From an uncultured Elusimicrobiaceae bacterium (GTDB lineage: Bacteria > Elusimicrobiota > Elusimicrobia > Elusimicrobiales > Elusimicrobiaceae), in assembly GCA_964411485.1 (NCBI GenBank), contig CAYPLD010000001.1:1-35068 (forward strand): 35,068 bases of DNA, in the 5' to 3' direction. This document shows positions 25,004 through 33,797 of this stretch, piece after piece (the stretch's first letter is position 1; the number at the start of each line of letters is the position of its first letter). The translations under genes and the position numbers were made by a program. The notes under the pieces are model-generated. The model saw only the letters and a program-made list of their open reading frames with translations. It was not told the DNA's origin and made no database searches.

Positions 25004-26608
25004 CTATTTTATATCTTTGATTTTGGAGGAAGAATAAACGGAATAATCCATATTCGGAAAGATATTGTTTCTCTGTTCAAGATGAGATACGAAACCTTCA
25101 TCAATTTTGTTGCCAATTACCTGTTCGTACAATTTTGTGAAATTGCTGATATGATCTTTCGTTCGTTTCGTCGAATAGTTGATAGCTGTGCCGACGGTCA
25201 TCAAAAATGCCCAGTCCGAACTTTGCATCAATAATAGTTCTCGTGCCAACTGATTCAACGCTCGTTTTAGATGACCGTCGGCACTAGGAAATTTATTAGC
25301 CAGTTCGGTCATTCGTTCGCTGGCTTTGTGTAGATGTCGATAAATCCAGTCATTACAGCCGTTTAGCCAGACTTCGTTATAACCTTTATCGCCCCAGCTT
25401 GACATCGACGGCTGAACCACCTGATTCTGTGGGTATTCCTTTAGATATTCGCTTGGCGTTATCAATTTTATATCGTCTTGATCGTAGTGGATTTTCTTAA
25501 ATAAAAATTCGATAAAATCTACACCTTCATACCACCAATGTCCGAAAAGTTCAGCGTCGTACATTGAAACTATTAATGGCTTTCTGTCTAAAATGTTTGC
25601 CAAATATTTTACTTGCTCTTGTCGATTATGCAAAAAATTTCCAGCATGATCTGCGGCTTTACTTCGAGCATCTTCTGGATAATACGCATGCTTTTGGTCA
25701 AGTTTAACTTTACCAGTTATTTTGTGATATTTCATTCCGATATTTCTTCGGACTCCATCAGAATGGAGATAAGGTCGGACATAATCATAATCCAAATCGT
25801 AGCCAAGATCCCTATAAAATTCGCGATAGACATAATCACCGGGATACCCGCTTTCAGCACTCCAAACTTGTTTGGCACTTTCGATATCTCGACCAAAAGT
25901 TGCTACACCACTCGGACAATATACCGGTGCATATACGCCATATTTTGGTCGTGGAACAGCATGCATTATCCCGTGTGTTTCGACGAAGAAATATCTCAAA
26001 CCTTCTTTTTCTAAAAATTTATCATCACCTGGAGCGTAAGCACATTCTGCCAACCAAATACCCGGTGGTTTTTTGCCAAATTTTTCTTTGTAATCTTCAA
26101 CCGCTGTTTTTATTTGAGCGTAAACAGTTTCTCTGTCAACCATTAAAGGCAAATATCCGTGTGTCGCACAGCATGTGATGATTTCTAGCTTGCCAAGATC
26201 TTGGAATTTTTTGAAGCCATTCAAAACGTTAGAATGATAATAATTTTCAAATAATTCTTTCAAGCGTTTGAACTTTTTTTCATACATTTTTGCGGCTTCA
26301 AAAAATTCCGTATCTTTAGTACGCGTCAGTTCTTTTTCGGATAGCTCGATTCTTTGATACAAATAATATCTAAATCTTTCTTTTAATAGTTCATCGCTCA
26401 TCATCGCACAAAGTGGGGGAGTTAGTGACATTGTGATTCTAAAATCAACATTTTCGGCATGTAATTTTTCGTATGTATCGAGAAGTGGTAGATAGGTTTC
26501 TATCATCGCTTCGAAAAACCAATCTTCCTCGAGAAAATCAGGATATTCGGGGTGCCGTATGAACGGTAGGTGTGCGTGTAAAACCAGTGTGAGATAACCT
26601 TTTGACAT
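25004..26608 (-). CDS. GH57-family alpha-glucan enzyme (branching-enzyme type)
   Basis: The N-terminus LTLVLHAHLPFIRHPE...EEDWFFEAMIETYLPLL closely resembles GH57 branching enzymes. The protein has the typical ~530 aa length with a C-terminal helical region. Confidence 0.85.
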   Translation of the reverse strand: MSKGYLTLVLHAHLPFIRHPEYPDFLEEDWFFEAMIETYLPLLDTYEKLHAENVDFRITMSLTPPLCAMMSDELLKERFRYYLYQRIELSEKELTRTKDTEFFEAAKMYEKKFKRLKELFENYYHSNVLNGFKKFQDLGKLEIITCCATHGYLPLMVDRETVYAQIKTAVEDYKEKFGKKPPGIWLAECAYAPGDDKFLEKEGLRYFFVETHGIMHAVPRPKYGVYAPVYCPSGVATFGRDIESAKQVWSAESGYPGDYVYREFYRDLGYDLDYDYVRPYLHSDGVRRNIGMKYHKITGKVKLDQKHAYYPEDARSKAADHAGNFLHNRQEQVKYLANILDRKPLIVSMYDAELFGHWWYEGVDFIEFLFKKIHYDQDDIKLITPSEYLKEYPQNQVVQPSMSSWGDKGYNEVWLNGCNDWIYRHLHKASERMTELANKFPSADGHLKRALNQLARELLLMQSSDWAFLMTVGTAINYSTKRTKDHISNFTKLYEQVIGNKIDEGFVSHLEQRNNIFPNMDYSVYSSSKIKDIK

Positions 26609-26617
26609 TTTTTCCTC

Positions 26618-27214
26618 TTACTTATTAAATTGTGTTGAAGATACACCAAAATTGAATCGTAAATTATCTTTTTCCAAAATCAAAACTTCACTAGCCCCAA
26701 CATTTTTTTTACTTGACATTTTATATAGCTTTCTAAAATCCTCTTCAACTATCATCCATTTTTCATCAATGATATTTGAAACTTCATTGAACGGCATTTG
26801 ATTGGCTTTTGTTTTCACTCTTGATATCAAAATAAATTCGCCTGTATCGGTCAACAATCCAAGATCGCATAAATACCTTTTCCCAGTATGTGGAACTTGA
26901 ATATACCAGCTTTTTGCTTCAAACAAAATTGGAATATCATGATAATAATTTGCGTTTAGTCCATCAAATTCTTTAACATCTGTTATGTCGTATAATCGGA
27001 TTACATTTTTACTTTTATCAAAAATATCCTGACCATGATTATTTTTTATATTATTGTAAGTATCCTCGGTGATATCCCAATAGATAAAGAGCCAATGAGG
27101 ATCTCTCACAATTTGGTAAGATTCCGTTTTGCCATAAGAATACGGTATATTTTGACCATTTGCAGAAGAAATATCTTCACGTTTTATAAACGCAATTGAA
27201 GAAAAATTTTCCAT
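26618..27214 (-). CDS. DUF4912-like protein (GH57-associated)
   Basis: The IVRDPHWLFIYWDI block resembles the DUF4912 core. Lies 9 nt upstream of the GH57 gene. The assignment is from memory of the family. Confidence 0.5.
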   Translation of the reverse strand: MENFSSIAFIKREDISSANGQNIPYSYGKTESYQIVRDPHWLFIYWDITEDTYNNIKNNHGQDIFDKSKNVIRLYDITDVKEFDGLNANYYHDIPILFEAKSWYIQVPHTGKRYLCDLGLLTDTGEFILISRVKTKANQMPFNEVSNIIDEKWMIVEEDFRKLYKMSSKKNVGASEVLILEKDNLRFNFGVSSTQFNK

Positions 27215-27337
27215 AATCAGCCCCCTGATTTTAACGTCACTTCGGACATATTCTATAGGTATATGATACTGAAAATTAATAAATAAGGCAATGTCAAAAA
27301 GAAAAATAGCGATTAGTTTATTATTTGGAACTTGGGG

Positions 27338-27366
27338 TTGTATTTATATATGGGGGTTTGTACAAT
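27338..27366 (+). promoter_or_regulatory. Sigma70-like promoter for the orphan secreted-protein gene
   Basis: TTGTAT (27338-27343), a 17-nt spacer, then TACAAT (27361-27366). GAGAGGA SD at about 27391-27397 and ATG at 27405. Confidence 0.5.
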
Positions 27367-27404
27367 AATTTGTAGAAACCTTAATTAAAAGAGAGGAAAA
27401 GCAA

Positions 27405-28007
27405 ATGAAAAAAATAATAACTAGTATATTAGCAATAGCAGTACTTGGTCTTATTGCTATAAATGCTGAAGACTATATAATGCAAAATGATATTGCTGTA
27501 CCTGTAGACCAATCAATAACAGATGGTGACGATTTGAAAGTAGCATATGAAAGAAGAGATAAAATAGCTAGAGAACATGATGAAAATGTATTGAACGATT
27601 TTGAAAAATTAAAATTATATAGAGCAAACAGAGAAACACTTAAGAAATCACTTGTTAATTCTGACTTGGAATATTATTTTATTAGGCTTTACAATTATTA
27701 TTTGGAAAAGCATTCTCTTGCGAGAACAGTTAATTTTTTAAGCCAATTTGAACACGATATGACTATTGATGAGATTGAAAGTACGTTTGATGACATAGAA
27801 ATTGCGGGTTTCAGTTCCGAAGACCTTTATAAATCTTTTTATATCCTTCCAGCAGAAGAGTATAGACAGGAGGGAGAATACATTGGGGTACATATAAGGA
27901 TTTATGATGGTGAAGGAAATGTAAAAGGAGAAGTAGAAATATCTGGGTTTGGATACGCAAACGGAGTTATACCAAAAGAAAGAACTCTTTTTAGAGATAA
28001 AAAATAA
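27405..28007 (+). CDS. Hypothetical secreted protein (Sec signal peptide, no family recognised)
   Basis: The 200-aa ORF has its own promoter, an SD and a downstream terminator. MKKIITSILAIAVLGLIAINA-ED looks like a type I signal peptide and lacks a lipobox Cys. Confidence 0.6.
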   Translation: MKKIITSILAIAVLGLIAINAEDYIMQNDIAVPVDQSITDGDDLKVAYERRDKIAREHDENVLNDFEKLKLYRANRETLKKSLVNSDLEYYFIRLYNYYLEKHSLARTVNFLSQFEHDMTIDEIESTFDDIEIAGFSSEDLYKSFYILPAEEYRQEGEYIGVHIRIYDGEGNVKGEVEISGFGYANGVIPKERTLFRDKK

Positions 28008-28032
28008 TTGAAATAAAAAGTTTTTTAAAACA

Positions 28033-28068
28033 ATGAAACTCCCCGGGTTTACACTCGAGGAGTTTCAT
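28033..28068. terminator. Bidirectional hairpin terminator between convergent genes
   Basis: ATGAAACTCC (28033-28042) pairs with GGAGTTTCAT (28059-28068). There is a T-run downstream on + (GATTTTTTATTT) and a short U-tract on - (TGTTTT). Confidence 0.65.
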
Positions 28069-28079
28069 TATGTGATTTT

Positions 28080-29330
28080 TTATTTATTAGTAAGTTTTTC
28101 TATATTTATTGCTTTTTCAAGTTCTTCTAAATTTGGTTTTATTGTTTTAGGATGTTCTTGTTTTACAGATTTGATCGCACTATCCAAATCTTTTAATCCA
28201 TAACCTGCGACTATCAAAACCACAGATTCGTCAGATTTGATTTTGCCTTCTTTTATCAAGTTTTTGAGTGCGGCATATGGTGCAGCACCGGCAGGTTCGG
28301 CAAAAACATTTGTACCTTTTGCCAGTTCGGATATTGCTTCTATGATTTCTTCATCTTTGACGGTTGTCACATATCCGCCACTTTCGTCTAGTGCTTGTAA
28401 TGCCATTTGAGCGTCACGTGGATAATCAACCACCAAAGTATCTGCCACAGTTTTTGCTTTGATTCTTTCTATTTTACCGCCACTTTCAAATGCTTTCTTA
28501 AGTGCATCACTACCTTCTGGCTGAACCGCTATCATTTGGGGCATTTTTTCAATTATCCCAAGTTTATTAAAATCTACAAAACCTTTCCAAAGTCCACTAA
28601 ATACGCTTCCATCACCTACTGCAACTATCACTTTATCCGGAGCCTCCCATTCGAGCTGTTCACATATTTCGAACGCACAGGTTTTTTTACCTTCTCGAAC
28701 AAATGGGTTATAACCTGCCGCTCTTGTATACCAGCCATATTTTTCGGTCGCTTTGACATTTAGTTCAAATGCGTCGTCATAACTGCCATCGACAAGAACA
28801 ACATGTGCTCCGAAAACTAAAAGTTGAACCAGCTTTGGATATGGCACAGTTTTCGGCATAAAAATCATCGTTTCAACAGGTAAATTTGCTGTTAGACAGG
28901 CAAGTGAATCAGCAGCATTTCCGCTAGATGCAGTGGAAATAACCTTTTCATTAAGTTCCAATGCTCTTGCTACCACTACGGCTGAACCTCTATCTTTTAT
29001 TGAGCCGGTCGGATTTCGACCCTCGTCTTTAATAAATAAATTTGCTATTCCTAATTCTTGAGCTAAATCTTCCGCTTCGTATAATGGTGTCCAGCCGACT
29101 TTGACTGGTGGTAAATCTTTGTTGTCGTCTACTGGTAGAATGTCGATATAACGCCACATATCGTAGGTTGTGTTTTTTTCTAGATCGTCGTAATCTAGTC
29201 GCTTTTTGATTAATTTGTAGTCGTAAGTTATTTCTAAATTTCCTGAACATGCTGTACATAAATATCTCGTATCGCTTAATTTGTGTTCTTTTCCACAATT
29301 GATACATTGAAGTGAAAGAATCTTTTTCAT
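28080..29330 (-). CDS. thrC: Threonine synthase (PLP-dependent, with N-terminal zinc-ribbon)
   Basis: LFIKDEGRNPTGSIKDRG is the PLP-Lys motif. N-terminal CINCG...CTACSG ribbon. 416 aa. Confidence 0.85.
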   Translation of the reverse strand: MKKILSLQCINCGKEHKLSDTRYLCTACSGNLEITYDYKLIKKRLDYDDLEKNTTYDMWRYIDILPVDDNKDLPPVKVGWTPLYEAEDLAQELGIANLFIKDEGRNPTGSIKDRGSAVVVARALELNEKVISTASSGNAADSLACLTANLPVETMIFMPKTVPYPKLVQLLVFGAHVVLVDGSYDDAFELNVKATEKYGWYTRAAGYNPFVREGKKTCAFEICEQLEWEAPDKVIVAVGDGSVFSGLWKGFVDFNKLGIIEKMPQMIAVQPEGSDALKKAFESGGKIERIKAKTVADTLVVDYPRDAQMALQALDESGGYVTTVKDEEIIEAISELAKGTNVFAEPAGAAPYAALKNLIKEGKIKSDESVVLIVAGYGLKDLDSAIKSVKQEHPKTIKPNLEELEKAINIEKLTNK

Positions 29331-29408
29331 ATGATTTTTACTACCTCGTAAGTTTATAGTTTGTAACTTTTATTATACAAATTTGGGACAAAATGCTAAA
29401 CTCTTAAT

Positions 29409-30293
29409 ATGAGAAAATTATGGCTCTATCTAGCAAAGGAATATCAATACTTTTTGAACTTTCTTAAGTTTATAAGAAGAATCAATAATGGACTAAACAA
29501 ACATTACTGCTTTTCGATGGCAGCAGAGTTTGCTTTCTATTCCTTATATTGTATTATCCCGTTTTTAGTGTTCTTGATAATGGTCGCAGGTTATATTCCT
29601 ATAAATGAAGCTCAACAACTTGTAAATACTATGCAAACTGTCTTGCCGGATTATGTAGTAGATATTTTCTTTCCAATTGTTGGTGATATTTTAAACAATC
29701 CTCGTAAACTTTTGACCATTTTAACAGCTTTATTATCTCTTTTTGCAGCATCGGCGGCGTTCGGTGGAGTTGCGACATATCTAAATAGAATTTTTGCTTG
29801 TAAAGAAAAACGATCTTACTGGAAAAGAAAATTAATCGATATGACACTCGTTTTGTTCACCGTGTTCATAATAATTTTGGCTAGTATAATGCTTGTTTTC
29901 ATACCAGCAATGTTTAAATTTTTGCATATCAATATAGTAAACAAATTTACTTTTAATTTATTGATATGGGGACTTTCAATTTTAGTTTTGAATTTCAATC
30001 TTCAGATAATCTACAAGTTTTTACCTAATAGTAAGCAAAAATTTAAGTTAATAAGTTTTGGAAGTATCTTTACACTTGTGTGCTGGAGTCTTATAACTTG
30101 GGGTTTCACGATTTATTTTACGAATTTCTCTAGCTATAACGTCGTTTATGGAACGATGGGTAGTATTATCGCGTTTCTGACTTGGACTTATCTATTAGGA
30201 TTTATCCTCGTGCTTGGTGCATTGATTAATCACGAACTTGATAAGGGATATGTCCTCACGAAAAAACAAACATTAATAAGAAAGCGAGTTTGA
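29409..30293 (+). CDS. YihY/BrkB-family inner membrane protein
   Basis: Six-TM protein with MAAEFAFYSLYCIIPFLVFL, similar to the YihY laAalAyyallSlfP block. No obvious SD before the ATG. Confidence 0.7.
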   Translation: MRKLWLYLAKEYQYFLNFLKFIRRINNGLNKHYCFSMAAEFAFYSLYCIIPFLVFLIMVAGYIPINEAQQLVNTMQTVLPDYVVDIFFPIVGDILNNPRKLLTILTALLSLFAASAAFGGVATYLNRIFACKEKRSYWKRKLIDMTLVLFTVFIIILASIMLVFIPAMFKFLHINIVNKFTFNLLIWGLSILVLNFNLQIIYKFLPNSKQKFKLISFGSIFTLVCWSLITWGFTIYFTNFSSYNVVYGTMGSIIAFLTWTYLLGFILVLGALINHELDKGYVLTKKQTLIRKRV

Positions 30294-30335
30294 ACTTCGT
30301 CTTTTTGGTAAATTTTTATTTTTTTGCTCCTAAAG

Positions 30336-30377
30336 TGACTCCGTAGGGAGTCATCCTGAGCGTAGTCGAAGGATCTC
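30336..30377. repeat. Palindromic repeat of the GTCATCCTGA...AGGATCT type, preceded by a 7-bp hairpin
   Basis: TGACTCC(30336-30342) pairs with GGAGTCA(30347-30353). GTCATCCTGAGCGTAGTCGAAGGATCTC lies at 30350-30377. Its ends match those of the repeats at 34990-35065. Confidence 0.7.
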
Positions 30378-30388
30378 TATATTTAATG

Positions 30389-30425
30389 AGATTGCCACGT
30401 CGCACTGCTCCTCGCAATGACAAGA
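30389..30425 (+). repeat. Repeat B unit AGATTGCCAC-N13-TCGCAATGACAAGA (second copy at 21929-21965)
   Basis: Both flanking blocks are identical at 30389-30398/30412-30425 and at 21929-21938/21952-21965. The spacer is 13 nt in both copies. Confidence 0.8.
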
Positions 30426-30465
30426 AGTCGTCGCAAAGAAAATAAAAATTTCCTAGAAAATACTC

Positions 30466-30502
30466 GTTCCCTTCGGGAACACTTTATATTTTTTTTATTT
30501 TT
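30466..30502 (+). terminator. Weak terminator-like hairpin plus T-rich tract
   Basis: GTTCCC-TTC-GGGAAC (30466-30480) is followed by ACTTTATATTTTTTTTATTTTT. It lies about 170 nt after the yihY-family stop codon. Confidence 0.35.
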
Positions 30503-30637
30503 CTCCCTTTCGTAAAGGGAGTGGATTTTTTCCGATAGGAAAAAAGACGAGGGTTTTAATATTTCAAAACATTATAAAGTTTTAATAGTTATATGAAACA
30601 TTAAAACCCCCTTTAATTCCCCCTTTACGAAAGGGGG
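30503..30637. repeat. 135-bp unit bounded by inverted copies of a 19-nt palindrome, containing two further hairpins
   Basis: CTCCCTTTCGTAAAGGGAG (30503-30521) and CCCCCTTTACGAAAGGGGG (30619-30637) are in inverted orientation, as shown by the loops CGT versus ACG. Inside are TTTTTTCC-GATA-GGAAAAAA (30526-30545) and a 15-bp stem GGGTTTTAATATTTC(30551-30565)/GAAACATTAAAACCC(30595-30609) with one mismatch. Confidence 0.7.
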
Positions 30638-30658
30638 AAAACACAACAACCAAAACTA

Positions 30659-30692
30659 CCCCAAGCCACATACCTGTGGCTTGGGGTTTTTT
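30659..30692. terminator. Strong hairpin terminator between convergent yihY-family and trmL genes
   Basis: CCCCAAGCCACA (30659-30670) pairs perfectly with TGTGGCTTGGGG (30675-30686), loop TACC, followed by TTTTTT on the + strand. On the - strand it lies 16 nt after the trmL stop and has a weaker U-tract (TAGTTTTGG). Confidence 0.7.
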
Positions 30693-30707
30693 ATTACAAA
30701 TTTTTTG

Positions 30708-31154
30708 TTATTTTAATTGTCTGATGGCTTCGAATAATGCGATTCCAACACTTGTAGATAAATTCAAACTGCGTACCTTCCCACTTTGTGGTATGTTATA
30801 CAATCTATCTTTATATTTTTCGTAGAAATCTTTTGGTAATCCCTTCCCTTCGCTTCCAAAAATCAAATAACTGTCCGACTTATACTTTGCTTCCCAAAAA
30901 CTTTTTTTGCCTTTAGTTGAAAAGAAAAATAAATCAGCGTCTTTTGATATTTGTGATAAGAATTCATCAAAATCTTTATAGATTTTATACTTTAGATTTT
31001 TCCAATAGTCCAACCCACTTCGACGAATCTCTTTACTATTAATTTCAAAACCTAATTTTCCGACAAGATGTAATGTAGAATTTGTCGCAACACAAGTTCT
31101 GCCGATATTTCCGGTATTAAAAGGAATTTCTGGATTGATTAGTACAATATTCAA
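30708..31154 (-). CDS. trmL: tRNA (cytidine/uridine-2'-O)-methyltransferase TrmL (SpoU/TrmH family)
   Basis: NIVLINPEIPFNTGNIGRTC and LIFGSEGKGLP...IPQSGKVRSLNLSTSVGIALFEA are TrmL motifs. The track start at 31169 is a TTG overlapping glgP. I prefer TTG 31154 (MNIVL...), which has GGGAGA 7 nt upstream and lies 2 nt after the glgP stop. Confidence 0.8.
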   Translation of the reverse strand: MNIVLINPEIPFNTGNIGRTCVATNSTLHLVGKLGFEINSKEIRRSGLDYWKNLKYKIYKDFDEFLSQISKDADLFFFSTKGKKSFWEAKYKSDSYLIFGSEGKGLPKDFYEKYKDRLYNIPQSGKVRSLNLSTSVGIALFEAIRQLK

Positions 31155-31156
31155 AT

Positions 31157-33709
31157 CTAATTCTCCCAAGTCACATGAACAGGCGTGAACGAATGAGGAA
31201 TGTCTGTATTAAATGGAATCACTCTAACACTATAAAAATGTCTACCACTATGATCAAGCATAATTTCTGCTGTATATGTATGTGTGCCATCTTTGTGTTC
31301 TGTGGTTTGCATTTCGATACATTGTTCTTGCAAAAGTTCCCCTGAAGTTTTTGTGCCTAAACAAATTTGAACTTTTACTTCTTCTGGTTTCAAATTGCCG
31401 AGATGAACTTTTGCAACGATGGGAACTTTTGCACCCGTATTAATTTTTTTGTCGTCTTCTTTAGATGTTGTCGTTAGGCTAACGCTATGCCAATTATCTT
31501 TTACCCTTTTACGCCAGTCTGAAATTTCTTTGACTTTATCAATATTTTCTAACATTTTATGATGATTATGTGCAGATAAATAAAATTGTTCATAATATTG
31601 TTTGACCATTCTATCAGTATTATAGAAAGGAGCGATACTTTTTATGCTTTTTTTCATTTTATAAACCCATTTTCTAGGGATACCTTTATCATCTTGATTG
31701 TAATATAAAGGTGCGATTTCATGTTCGATGAGATTATATATAGCTCTAGATTCCACCTTATCTCTTTCATCTTCTGTTTTATAATCCTCGAACCCTTCGA
31801 TACTCCACCCGAAATCGCAAGGACCGACTTCGTCCCACCAGCCGTCTAAAACGGATAACATCAAAACGCCATTTAATGCGGCTTTCATACCGCTTGTACC
31901 AGACGCTTCCAAAGGTCGAACTGGATTATTCAGCCAGACATCAACACCTTGAACCATATAGCGTGCAACGTTCATATTATAATCTTCCAAGAAAATAATT
32001 CTTTTGTTGAATCGTCTATCTTCTTTCAATTTTGAAATATATTGAATAAATTCTTTACCTTTTGTGTCAGCAGGATGAGCTTTTCCTGAAAATATAAACT
32101 GAACAGGGTGTTTTGGGTCGTTTACTATTTCATTTAATTTTTTCAAATCCTTAAACAAAAGAACGGCTCTTTTATATGTAGCGAACCTTCTTGCGAACCC
32201 AATTGTCAAAACATTTGGATCGAAAATCTTTTTGACTCTATTAATTATTGTAGCATCAGCACCGAGTCGTTTGTTATAGTCCTTTAATTTATCGCGTGTT
32301 ACTTTTATTAATTTTTCTTTTCTAGTTTTGTGGATATTCCAAAGCTCTGCATCTGGGATATTATGTATCTTTTCCCATAATTTTGTATCGGTAGTATCCC
32401 AATAATTGTGAAATGGACTTTGTACTAAATATTTTCTAAACAATTCGTCATGTTCGTGGCTTATCCACGATGCAGAATGGATACCATTTGTGATACTATA
32501 AATTGGAATTTCTGGATTACTTAATCCGTCCCAGACTTTTTTCCAAAGATCTCTAGAGACTACGCCGTGAAGTGCCGAGACCCCATTTATATGTGCTGAC
32601 AATTTTAGAGCAACAACGGTCATACAAAAACCTTTTGGACTATGAGGATTTTCTTTTCCGATATTGATAAAATCGTCCCAATGTATTTTTAGATTGTCTG
32701 CGACATATTTTTCTAAATATTTTTTGACTAATGAAGGATCAAAATATTCATTACCAGCGATAACTGGTGTATGAGTTGTAAAAACGCTACTGGTCCAAAC
32801 TTTTTCTTTTGCTTCCTCATAACTTAATTTTTCTTCCACCATTAGATTTGCGATTCGTTCAAAAAGCAAAAATGCGGAATGTCCTTCATTGATATGATAA
32901 ACACTTGGTTTGATATTTAATGCTTTTAATACTCTAACTCCACCAATACCAAGCACAATTTCTTGACGAATTCTATTATCTCTATTACCACCATAAAGCT
33001 GTTCGGTTATGGTTCGATGATGTTCAGGATTTTCTTGAAGATTTGTATCGAGCAAATAAATTGAAGTCCTACCGACAGGCACTTTCCAGACGGTAGCTTT
33101 GATGTTTTCATTACCTAAAGGCACATCGACTTTTAGTTGGTCGCCGTCTTGAGTTTTGACCGGTTCAACCGGCATATGAGCCCAGTCGTTTAATGGATAA
33201 ACTTCATTTTGCCAGCCGTCCCTAGATATCGCTTGTTGAACATATCCCTTTTGATAGAAAAGTCCAACACCGATGAGAGGGAGACCGAGATCGCTTGAGC
33301 TTTTGATATGATCGCCAGCTAACATTCCAAGTCCGCCGGAATAAATTGGTAGTCCTTCACCGATTCCATATTCCATAGAAAAATATGCGGTTAGAAAGCT
33401 GTCATCGGTTTTTTTATTATCTTTGTACCAATTGCCAGAGTTTTGATAAAATTCAAAAATATTTTTTACTTCTTTTAATTTTTTTAAGAATTCTTCGTTT
33501 TTACTTAATTGTTCTAATCGTTTTTGGGATATCGCACTCAACATCCATTTTGGATTTCTTTTTGATTGATCCCATAATTTATTATCCATCTCGATAAAGA
33601 TTGATATTGCTTTCCAATTCCAAGCAAACCACATGTTCTCGGATAAGGTTTTTAGGAAACTTATATTTTCTGGTAAATTCGGTTCAACATTGAAACTATG
33701 CATTCTCAT
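31157..33709 (-). CDS. glgP: Alpha-glucan phosphorylase (large GlgP-type with DUF3417-like N-terminus)
   Basis: GGLGMLAGDHIKSSSDLGLP and EASGTSGMKAALNG (PLP-Lys block). 850 aa. Confidence 0.9.
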   Translation of the reverse strand: MRMHSFNVEPNLPENISFLKTLSENMWFAWNWKAISIFIEMDNKLWDQSKRNPKWMLSAISQKRLEQLSKNEEFLKKLKEVKNIFEFYQNSGNWYKDNKKTDDSFLTAYFSMEYGIGEGLPIYSGGLGMLAGDHIKSSSDLGLPLIGVGLFYQKGYVQQAISRDGWQNEVYPLNDWAHMPVEPVKTQDGDQLKVDVPLGNENIKATVWKVPVGRTSIYLLDTNLQENPEHHRTITEQLYGGNRDNRIRQEIVLGIGGVRVLKALNIKPSVYHINEGHSAFLLFERIANLMVEEKLSYEEAKEKVWTSSVFTTHTPVIAGNEYFDPSLVKKYLEKYVADNLKIHWDDFINIGKENPHSPKGFCMTVVALKLSAHINGVSALHGVVSRDLWKKVWDGLSNPEIPIYSITNGIHSASWISHEHDELFRKYLVQSPFHNYWDTTDTKLWEKIHNIPDAELWNIHKTRKEKLIKVTRDKLKDYNKRLGADATIINRVKKIFDPNVLTIGFARRFATYKRAVLLFKDLKKLNEIVNDPKHPVQFIFSGKAHPADTKGKEFIQYISKLKEDRRFNKRIIFLEDYNMNVARYMVQGVDVWLNNPVRPLEASGTSGMKAALNGVLMLSVLDGWWDEVGPCDFGWSIEGFEDYKTEDERDKVESRAIYNLIEHEIAPLYYNQDDKGIPRKWVYKMKKSIKSIAPFYNTDRMVKQYYEQFYLSAHNHHKMLENIDKVKEISDWRKRVKDNWHSVSLTTTSKEDDKKINTGAKVPIVAKVHLGNLKPEEVKVQICLGTKTSGELLQEQCIEMQTTEHKDGTHTYTAEIMLDHSGRHFYSVRVIPFNTDIPHSFTPVHVTWEN

Positions 33710-33797
33710 ATTTGTACCTCTTAATTAATAGTATAAATAATTTTGAGTAAATGGTAAAATATATATAAGAGGTAAATTTTTTTTGCGAACATTTCGT

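Noticed and set aside
30386-30445. 19-aa ORF MRLPRRTAPRNDKKSSQRK inside the repeat-dense spacer
   Set aside because: It is generated by the AGATTGCCAC...TCGCAATGACAAGA repeat unit and has no SD. This is the kind of tiny ORF these repeats create spuriously.
30503-30637. Confident call of MITEs or other mobile elements for the palindromic repeat units (also 2525-2588, 20699-20763, 33798-33892)
   Set aside because: No target-site duplications can be defined from single copies, and no transposase or RAYT gene is in the window. They are therefore annotated as repeats, with mobility left as a hypothesis.
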